Assembly: GCA_964247055.1 (NCBI GenBank)
Contig: OZ176053.1
Location: forward strand, 14,012,001 to 14,076,000
Direction of reading: 5' to 3'
Length of the DNA stretch: 64,000 bases
DNA from: Paragordius varius
Lineage: Eukaryota > Animalia > Nematomorpha
Shown here piece by piece: positions 1 through 10,975 of the stretch (the first letter of the stretch is position 1; each line of letters opens with the position of its first letter). Under the pieces are notes generated by a model that did not search any database, was not told where the DNA came from, and saw only the letters and a program-made list of their open reading frames with translations. Both the position numbers and the translations under genes were made by a program.

Positions 1-62
1 ACATCACCTGATCAAATTCGGATTTTAGGTAGCCATTTTTATTTTTAAAATCGTCTAAAATA

Positions 63-86
63 AATTTTTTAAATATTTAAAAAATT
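63..86. other. Perfect 24-bp AT palindrome AATTTTTTAAATATTTAAAAAATT, one per monomer (first copy given)
   Basis: Bases 63-86 equal their own reverse complement (checked base by base). The palindrome is intact in most monomers. Confidence 0.95.
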
Positions 87-3000
87 CATAAAAATTACAT
101 TTATACTCCGATCTCGAAAATATTTGGGGTGATGATGGAACTACCATAGGGCTACCCAAAAAAATTATAATGACATCACCTGATCAAATTTGGATTTTAG
201 GTAGCCATTTTTATTTTTAAAATCGTATAAAATAAATTTTTTAAATATTAAAAAATTCATAAAAATTACATTTATACTCCGATCTCGAAAATATTTGGGG
301 TGATGATGGAACTATCATAGGGCTACCCAAAAAAATTATAGTGACATCACCTGCTCAAATTTGGATTTTAGGTAGCCATTTTTATTTTTAATATCGTATA
401 AAATAAATTTTTTAAATATTTAAAAAATTCATAAAAATTACATTTATACTCCGATCTCGAAAATATTTGGGGTGATGATGGAACTACCATAGGGCTACCC
501 AAAAAAATTATAATGACATCACCTGATCAAATTTGGATTTTAGGTAGCCATTTTTATTTTTAAAATCGTATAAAATAAATTTTTTAAATATTTAAAAAAT
601 TCATAAAAATTACATTTATACTCCGATCTCGACAATATTTGGGGTGATGATGGAACTACCATAGGGCTACCCAAAAAAATTATAATGACATCACCTGATC
701 AAATTTGGATTTTAAGTAGCCATTTTTATTTTTAATATCGTATAAAATAAATTTTTTAAATATTTAAAAAATTCATAAAATTTATACTCCGATCTCGACA
801 ATATTTGGGGTGATGATGGAACTACCATAGGGCTACCCAAAAAAATTATAATGACATCACCTGATCAAATTTGGATTTTAGGTAGCCATTTTTATTTTTA
901 AAATCGTATAAAATAAATTTTTTAAATATTTAAAAAATTCATAAAAATTACATTTATACTCCGATCTCGAAAATATTTGGGGTGATGATGGAACTACCAT
1001 AGGGCTACCCAAAAAAATTATAATGACATCACCTGATCAAATTTGGATTTTAGGTAGCCATTTTTATTTTTAAAATCGTATAAAATAAATTTTTTAAATA
1101 TTTAAAAAATTCATAAAAATTACATTTATACTCCGATCTCGAAAATATTTGGGGTGATGATGGAACTACCATAGGGCTACCCAAAAAAAATTATGGTGAC
1201 ATCACCTGATCAAATTTGGATTTTAGGTAGCCATTTTTATTTTTAAAATCGTATAAAATAAATTTTTTAAATATTTAAAAAATTCATAAAAATTACATTT
1301 ATACTCCGATCTCGAAAATATTTGGGGTGATGATGGAACTACCATAGGGCTACCCAAAAAAATTATGGTGACATCACCTGATCAAATTGGGATTTTAGTT
1401 AGCCATTTTTATTTTTAAAATCGTATAAAATAAATTTCTTAAATATTTAAAAAATTCATAAAAATTACATTTATACTCCGATCTCGAAAATATTTGGGGT
1501 GATGATGGAACTACCATAGGGCTACCCAAAAAAAATTATGGTGACATCACCTGATCAAATTTGGATTTTAGGTAGCCATTTTTATTTTTAAAATCGTATA
1601 AAATAAATTTTTTAAATATTTAAAAAATTCATAAATATTACATTTATACTCCGATCTCGAAAATATTTGGGGTGATGATGGAACTACCATAGGGCTACCC
1701 AAAAAAATTATAATGACATCACCTGATCAAATTTGGATTTTAGGTAGCCATTTTTATTTTTAAAATCGTATAAAATAAATTTTTTAAATATTAAAAAATT
1801 CATAAAAATTACATTTATACTCCGATCTCGAAAATATTTGGGGTGATGATGGAACTATCATAGGGCTACCCAAAAAAATTATAGTGACATCACCTGATCA
1901 AATTTGGATTTTAGGTAGCCATTTTTATTTTTAAAATCGTATAAAATAAATTTTTTAAATATTTAAAAAATTCATAAAAATTACATTTATACTCCGATCT
2001 CGACAATATTTGGGGTGATGATGGAACTACCATAGGGCTACCCAAAAAAATTATAATGACATCACCTGATCAAATTTGGATTTTAAGTAGCCATTTTTAT
2101 TTTTAATATCGTATAAAATAAATTTTTTAAATATTTAAAAAATTCATAAAATTTATACTCCGATCTCGACAATATTTGGGGTGATGATGGAACTACCATA
2201 GGGCTACCCAAAAAAATTATAATGACATCACCTGATCAAATTTGGATTTTAGGTAGCCATTTTTATTTTTAAAATCGTATAAAATAAATTTTTTAAATAT
2301 TTAAAAAATTCATAAAAATTACATTTATTCTCCGATCTCGAAAATATTTGGGGTGATGATGGAACTACCATAGGGCTACCCAAAAAAAATTATGGTGACA
2401 TCACCTGATCAAATTTGGATTTTAGGTAGCCATTTTTATTTTTAAAATCGTATAAAATAAATTTTTTAAATAATTAAAAAATTCATAAATATTACATTTA
2501 TAGTCCGATCCCAAAGTATTTGGGGTGATGATGGAACTACCATAGGGCTACCCAAAAAAATTATAGTGACATCACCTGATCAAATTCGGATTTTAGGTAG
2601 CCATTTTTATTTTTAAAATCGTCTAAAATAAATTTTTTAAATATTTAAAAAATTCATAAAAATTACATTTATACTCCGATCTCGAAAATATTTGGGGTGA
2701 TGATGGAACTACCATAGGGCTACCCAAAAAAATTATAATGACATCACCTGATCAAATTTGGATTTTAGGTAGCCATTTTTATTTTTAAAATCGTATAAAA
2801 TAAATTTTTTAAATATTTAAAAAATTCATAAAAATTACATTTATACTCCGATCTCGAAAATATTTGGGGTGATGATGGAACTACCATAGGGCTACCCAAA
2901 AAAATTATAATGACATCACCTGATCAAATTTGGATTTTAGGTAGCCATTTTTATTTTTAAAATCGTATAAAATAAATTTTTTAAATATTTAAAAAATTCA

Positions 3001-3429
3001 TAAAAATTACATTTATACTCCGATCTTGAAAATATTTGGGGTGATGATGGAACTACCATAGGGCTACCCAAAAAAAATTATGGTGACATCACCTGATCAA
3101 ATTTGGATTTTAGGTAGCCATTTTTATTTTTAAAATCGTATAAAATAAATTTTTTAAATATTTAAAAAATTCATAAAAATTACATTTATACTCCGATCTC
3201 GAAAATATTTGGGGTGATGATGGAACTACCATAGGGCTACCCAAAAAAATTATGGTGACATCACCTGATCAAATTGGGATTTTAGTTAGCCATTTTTATT
3301 TTTAAAATCGTATAAAATAAATTTCTTAAATATTTAAAAAATTCATAAAAATTACATTTATACTCCGATCTCGAAAATATTTGGGGTGATGATGGAACTA
3401 CCATAGGGCTACCCAAAAAAAATTATGGT

Positions 3430-4803
3430 GACATCACCTGATCAAATTTGGATTTTAGGTAGCCATTTTTATTTTTAAAATCGTATAAAATAAATTTTTT
3501 AAATATTTAAAAAATTCATAAATATTACATTTATAGTCCGATCCCAAAGTATGGTGATGATGGAACTACCATAGGGCTACCCAAAAAAAATTATGGTGAC
3601 ATAACCTGATCAAATTTGGATTTTAGGTAGCCATTTTTATTTTTAAAATCGTATAAAATAAATTTTTTAAATATTTAAAAAATTCAAAAAAATTACATTT
3701 ATACTCCGATCTCGACAATATTTGGGGTGATGATGGAATTACCATAGGGCTACCCAAAAAAAATTATGGTGACATCACCTGATCAAATTTGGATTTTAGG
3801 TAGCCATTTTTATTTTTAATATCGTATAAAATAAATTTTTTAAATATTTAAAAAATTCATAAAAATTACATTTATACTCCGATCTCGACAATATTTGGGG
3901 TGATGATGGAACTACTAGAGGGCTACCCAAAAAAAATTATGGTCACATCACCTGATCAAATTTGGATTTTAAGTAGCCATTTTTATTTTTAATATCGTAT
4001 AAAATAAATTTTTTAAATATTTAAAAAATTCATAAAAATTACATTTATACTCCGATCTCGACAATATTTGGGGTGATGATGGAATTACCTTAGGACTACC
4101 CAAAAAAAATTATGGTGACATCACCTGATCAAATTTGGATTTTAAGTAGCCATTTTTATTTTTAATATCGTATAAAATAAATTTTTTAAATATTTAAAAA
4201 ATTCATAAAAATTACATTTATACTCCGATCTCGAAAATATTTGGGGTGATGATGGAACTATTATAGGGCTAACCAAAAAAAATTATGGTGACATCACCTG
4301 ATCAAATTTGGATTTTAAGTAGCCATTTTTATTTTTAAAATCGTATAAAATAAATTTTTTAAATATTTAAAAAATTCATAAATATTACATTTATAGTCCG
4401 ATCCCAAAGTATGGTGATGATGGAACTACCATAGGGCTACCCAAAAAAAATTATGGTGACATAACCTGATCAAATTTGGATTTTAGGTAGCCATTTTTAT
4501 TTTTAAAATCGTATAAAATAAATTTTTTAAATATTTAAAAAATTCAAAAAAATTACATTTATACTCCGATCTCGACAATATTTGGGGTGATGATGGAATT
4601 ACCATAGGGCTACCCAAAAAAAATTATGGTGACATCACCTGATCAAATTTGGATTTTAGGTAGCCATTTTTATTTTTAATATCGTATAAAATAAATTTTT
4701 TAAATATTTAAAAAATTCATAAAAATTACATTTATACTCCGATCTCGACAATATTTGGGGTGATGATGGAACTACTAGAGGGCTACCCAAAAAAAATTAT
4801 GGT
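3430..4803. repeat. Local 5-monomer HOR duplication (860 bp period, second copy partial)
   Basis: ACTACTAGAG occurs at 3911 and 4771 (860 bp apart). The CCCAAAGTATGGTG deletion monomer and the ACATAACC/CAAAAAAA monomer repeat at the same offset. Confidence 0.85.
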
Positions 4804-5143
4804 CACATCACCTGATCAAATTTGGATTTTAAGTAGCCATTTTTATTTTTAATATCGTATAAAATAAATTTTTTAAATATTTAAAAAATTCATAAAAATT
4901 ATACTCCGATCTCGACAATATTTGGTGTGATGATGGAACTACCATAGGGCTACCCAAAAAAATTATAATGACATCACCTGATCAAATTTGGATTTTAGGT
5001 AGCCATTTTTATTTTTAAAATCGTATAAAATAAATTTCTTAAATATTTAAAAAATTCATAAAAATTACATTTATACTCCGATCTCGAAAATATTTGGGGT
5101 GATGATGGAACTACCATAGGGCTACCCAAAAAAAATTATGGTG

Positions 5144-8100
5144 ACATCACCTGATCAAATTTGGATTTTAGGTAGCCATTTTTATTTTTAAAATCGTATA
5201 AAATAAATTTTTTAAATATTTAAAAAATTCAAAAAATTACAGTTATACTCCCATCTCGACAATATTTGGGGTGATGATGGAATTACCATAGGGCTACCCA
5301 AAAAAAATTATGGTGGCATCACCTGATCAAATTTGGATTTTAGGTAGCCATTTTTATTTTTAAAATCGTATAAAATAAATTTTTTAAATATTTAAAAAAT
5401 TCAAAAAATTACATTTATACTCCGATCTCGACAATATTTGGGGTGATGATGGAATTACCATAGGGCTACCCAAAAAAAATTATGGTGACATCACCTGATC
5501 AAATCTGGATTTTAGGTAGCCATTTTTATTTTTAAAATCGTATAAAATAAATTTTTTAAATATTTAAAAAATTCAAAAAATTACATTTATACTCCAGGTG
5601 ATGATGGAATTACCATAGGGCTACCCAAAAAAAATTATGGCGACATCACCTGATCAAATCTGGATTTTAGGTAGCCATTTTTATTTTTAAAATCGTATAA
5701 AATAAATTTTTTAAATATTTAAAAAATTCATAAAAATTACATTTATACTCCGATCTCGAAAATTTTTGGGGTGATGATGGAACTACCATAGGCTACCCAA
5801 AAAAATTATGGTGACATCACCTGATCAAATTTGGATTTTAGGTAGCCATTTTTATTTTTAAAATCGTATAAAATAAACTTTTTAAATATTTAAAAAATTC
5901 ATAAAAATTATATTTATACTCCGATCTCGAAAATATTTGGGGTGATGATGGAACTACCATAGAGCTACCCAAAAAAAATTATGGTGACATAACCTGATCA
6001 AATTTGGATTTTAGGTAGCCATTTTTTATTTTAAAATCGTATAAAATAAATTTTTTAAATATTTAAAAACTTCATAAAAATTACATTTATACTCCGATCT
6101 CGAAAATATTTGGGGTGATGATGGAACTACCATAGGGCTACCCAAAAAAAATTATGGTGACATCACCTGATCAAATTTGGATTTTAGTTAGCCATTTTTA
6201 TTTTTAAAATCGTATAAAATAAATTTTTTAAATATTTAAAAAATTCATAAAAATTACATGTATACTCCGATCTCGAAAATATTTGGGGTGATGATGGAAC
6301 TATCATAGGGCTACCCAAAAAAATTATAGTGACATCACCTGCTCAAATTTGGATTTTAGGTAGCCATTTTTATTTTTAAAATCGTATAAAATAAATTTTT
6401 TAAATATTTAAAAAATTCATAAAAATTATATTTATACTCCGATCTCGAAAATATTTGGGGTGATGATGGAACTACCATAGGGCTACCCAAAAAAAATTAT
6501 GGTGACATAACCTGATCAAATTTGGATTTTAGGTAGCCATTTTTATTTTTCAAATCGTATAAAATAAATTTTTTAAATATTTAAAAAATTCATAAAAATT
6601 ACATTTATACTCCGATCTCGAAAATATTTGGGGTGATGATGGAACTACCATAGGGCTACCCAAAAAAAATTATGGTGACATCACCTGATCAAATTTGGAT
6701 TTTAGGTAGCCATTTTTATTTTTAAAATCGTATAAAATAAATTTTTTAAATATTTAAAAAATTCAAAAAAATTACATTTATACTCCGATCTCGACAATAT
6801 TTGGGGTGATGATGGAATTACCATAGGGCTTCCCAAAAAAAATTATGGCGACATCACCTGATCAAATTTGGATTTTAGTTAGCCATTTTTATTTTTAAAA
6901 TCGTATAAAATAAATTTTTTAAATATTTAAAAAATTCAAAAAATTACATTTATACTCCGATCTCGACAATATTTGGGGTGATGATGGAATTACCATAGGG
7001 CTACCCAAAAAAAATTATGGTGACATCTCCTGATCAAATTTGGATTTTAGGTAGCCATTTTTATTTTTAAAATCGTATAAAATAAATTTTTTAAATATTT
7101 AAAAAATTCAAAAAAATTACATTTATACTCCGATCTCGACAATATTTGGGGTGATGATGGAATTACCATAGGGCTACCCAAAAAAAATTATGGTGACATC
7201 ACCTGATCAAATCTGGATTTTAGGTAGCCATTTTTATTTTTAAAATCGTTTAAAATAAATTTTTTAAATATTTAAAAAATTCAAAAAATTACATTTATAC
7301 TCCGATCTCGAAAATATTTGGGGTGATGATGGAATTACCATAGGGCTACCCAAAAAAAATTATGGCGACATCACGTGATCAAATCTGGATTTTAGGTAGC
7401 CATTTTTATTTTTAAAATCGTATAAAATAAATTTTTTAAATATTTAAAAAATTCATAAAAATTACATTTATACTCCGATCTCGAAAATATTTGGGGTGAT
7501 GATGGAACTACCATAGGCTACCCAAAAAAATTATGGTGACATCACCTGATCAAATTTGGATTTTAGGTAGCCATTTTTATTTTTAAAATCGTATAAAATA
7601 AACTTTTTAAATATTTAAAAAATTCATAAAAATTATATTTATACTCCGATCTCGAAAATATTTGGGGTGATGATGGAACTACCATAGAGCTACCCAAAAA
7701 AAATTATGGTGACATAACCTGATCAAATTTGGATTTTAGGTAGCCATTTTTATTTTTAAAATCGTATAAAATAAATTTTTTAAATATTTAAAAACTTCCT
7801 AAAAATTACATTTATACTCCGATCTCGAAAATATTTGGGGTGATGATGGAACTACCATAGGGCTACCCAAAAAAAATTATGGCGACATAACCTGATCAAA
7901 TTTGGATTTTAGTTAGCCATTTTTATTTTTAAAATCGTATAAAATAAATTTTTTAAATATTTAAAAAATTCAAAAATCTACATTTATACTCCGATCTCGA
8001 CAATATTTGGGGTGATGATGGAATTACCATAGGGCTACCCAAAAAAAATTATGGTGACATCACCTGATCAAATCTGGATTTTAGGTAGCCATTTTTATTT

Positions 8101-8660
8101 TTAAAATCGTATAAAATAAACTTTTTAAATATTTAAAAAATTCATAAAAATTATATTTATACTCCGATCTCGAAAATATTTGGGGTGATGATGGAACTAC
8201 CATAGAGCTACCAAAAAAAAATTATGGTGACATAACCTGATCAAATTTGGATTTTAGGTAGCCATTTTTATTTTTAAAATCGTATAAAATAAATTTTTTA
8301 AATATTTAAAAACTTCATAAAAATTACATTTATACTCCGATCTCGAAAATATTTGGGGTGATGATGGAACTACCATAGGGCTACCCAAAAAAAATTATGG
8401 TGACATCACCTGATCAAATTTGGATTTTAGTTAGCCATTTTTATTTTTAAAATCGTATAAAATAAATTTTTTAAATATTTAAAAAATTCATAAAAATTAC
8501 ATTTATACTCCGATCTCGAAAATATTTGGGGTGATGATGGAACTATCATAGGGCTACCCAAAAAAATTATAGTGACATCACCTGCTCAAATTTGGATTTT
8601 AGGTAGCCATTTTTATTTTTAAAATCGTATAAAATAAATTTTTTAAATATTTAAAAAATT
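5144..8660. repeat. Block duplicated at ~32590-36120 (offset 27463 bp; 27446 bp upstream of a net 17-bp deletion at ~5595)
   Basis: Rare markers give the same offset: TCACGTG 7371/34834, CAAAAATCTAC 7971/35434, monomer start 8575/36038. Monomer order is the same, with several private variants on each side. Confidence 0.88.
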
Positions 8661-10975
8661 CATAAAAATTACATTTATACTCCGATCTCGAAAATATTTG
8701 GGGTGATGATGGAACTACCATAGGGCTACCCAAAAAAATTATAATGACATCACCTGATCAAATTTGGATTTTAGGTAGCCATTTTTATTTTTAAAATCGT
8801 ATAAAATAAATTTTTTAAATATTTAAAAAATTCATAAAAATTACATTTATACTCCGATCTCGACAATATTTGGGGTGATGATGGAACTACCATAGGGCTA
8901 CCCAAAAAAATTATAATGACATCACCTGATCAAATATGGATTTTAGGTAGCCATTTTTATTTTTAAAATCGTATAAAATAAATTTTTTAAATATTTAAAA
9001 AATTCATAAATATTACATTTATACTCCGATCTCGACAATATTTGGGGTGATGATGGAACTACCATAGGGCTACCCAAAAAAATTATAATGACATCACCTG
9101 ATCAAATTTGGATTTTAAGTAGCCATTTTTATTTTTAATATCGTATAAAATAAATTTTTTAAATATTTAAAAAATTCATAAAATTTATACTCCGATCTCG
9201 ACAATATTTGGGGTGATGATGGAACTACCATAGGGCTACCCAAAAAAATTATAATGACATCACCTGATCAAATTTGGATTTTAGGTAGCCATTTTTATTT
9301 TTAAAATCGTATAAAATAAATTTTTTAAATATTTAAAAAATTCATAAAAATTACATTTATACTCCGATCTCGAAAATATTTGGGGTGATGATGGAACTAC
9401 CATAGGGCTACCCAAAAAAAATTATGGTGACATCACCTGATCAAATTTGGATTTTAGGTAGCCATTTTTATTTTTAAAATCGTATAAAATAAATTTTTTA
9501 AATAATTAAAAAATTCATAAATATTACATTTATAGTCCGATCCCAAAGTATTTGGGGTGATGATGGAACTACCATAGGGCTACCCAAAAAAATTATAGTG
9601 ACATCATCTGATCAAATTCGGATTTTAGGTAGCCATTTTTATTTTTAAAATCGTCTAAAATAAATTTTTTAAATATTTAAAAAATTCATAAAAATTACAT
9701 TTATACTCCGATCTCGAAAATATTTGGGGTGATGATGGAACTACCATAGGGCTACCCAAAAAAATTATAATGACATCACCTGATCAAATTTGGATTTTAG
9801 GTAGCCATTTTTATTTTTAAAATCGTATAAAATAAATTTTTTAAATATTTAAAAAATTCATAAAAATTACATTTATACTCCGATCTCGAAAATATTTGGG
9901 GTGATGATGGAACTACCATAGGGCTACCCAAAAAAATTATAATGACATCACCTGATCAAATTTGGATTTTAGGTAGCCATTTTTATTTTTAAAATCGTAT
10001 AAAATAAATTTTTTAAATATTTAAAAAATTCATAAAAATTACATTTATACTCCGATCTCGAAAATATTTGGGGTGATGATGGAACTACCATAGGGCTACC
10101 CAAAAAAAATTATGGTGACATCACCTGATCAAATTTGGATTTTAGGTAGCCATTTTTATTTTTAAAATCGTATAAAATAAATTTTTTAAATATTTAAAAA
10201 ATTCATAAAAATTACATTTATACTCCGATCTCGAAAATATTTGGGGTGATGATGGAACTACCATAGGGCTACCCAAAAAAATTATGGTGACATCACCTGA
10301 TCAAATTGGGATTTTAGTTAGCCATTTTTATTTTTAAAATCGTATAAAATAAATTTCTTAAATATTTAAAAAATTCATAAAAATTACATTTATACTCCGA
10401 TCTCGAAAATATTTGGGGTGATGATGGAACTACCATAGGGCTACCCAAAAAAAATTATGGTGACATCACCTGATCAAATTTGGATTTTAGGTAGCCATTT
10501 TTATTTTTAAAATCGTATAAAATAATTTTTTTAAATATTTAAAAAATTCATAAATATTACATTTATAGTCCGATCCCAAAGTATGGTGATGATGGAACTA
10601 CCATAGGGCTACCCAAAAAAAATTATGGTGACATAACCTGATCAAATTTGGATTTTAGGTAGCCATTTTTATTTTTAAAATCGTATAAAATAAATTTTTT
10701 AAATATTTAAAAAATTCAAAAAAATTACATTTATACTCCGATCTCGACAATATTTGGGGTGATGATGGAATTACCATAGGGCTACCCAAAAAAAATTATG
10801 GTGACATCACCTGATCAAATTTGGATTTTAGGTAGCCATTTTTATTTTTAAAATCGTATAAAATAAATTTTTTAAATATTTAAAAAATTCATAAAAATTA
10901 CATTTATACTCCGATCTCGAAAATATTTGGGGTGATGATGGAACTACCATAGGGCTACCCAAAAAAATTATAATG

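Noticed and set aside
26-30. Telomeric repeat (TTAGG in each monomer)
   Set aside because: It is a single pentamer per ~172 bp and never tandem, which is expected by chance at this composition.
104-121. CENP-B box-like motif on the minus strand (TTTCGAGATCGGAG)
   Set aside because: The spacing between TTCG and CGG is 4 nt rather than the required 7, and the terminal CGGG is absent.
137-151. rRNA-complementary guide (ACTACCAT versus an ATGGTAGT stretch I recall in some 18S rRNAs)
   Set aside because: The match is only 8 nt, from memory, for an unknown host, and it is not positioned upstream of a D or D' box. That is too short to be meaningful.
126-170. G-quadruplex potential (GGGG, GG, GGG runs)
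   Set aside because: There are too few G3+ runs within a short span, the loops are long, and competing duplex stems exist.
1-172. Primate alpha satellite (171 bp) identity
   Set aside because: Only the length is similar. The sequence is ~74% AT and lacks any alpha-satellite motif I recognise.
150-206. MITE or DNA transposon with GGCTACC/GGTAGCC terminal inverted repeats
   Set aside because: There is no target-site duplication, no flanking non-repeat DNA and no recognisable superfamily terminus. The inverted repeat is retained only as a structural observation.
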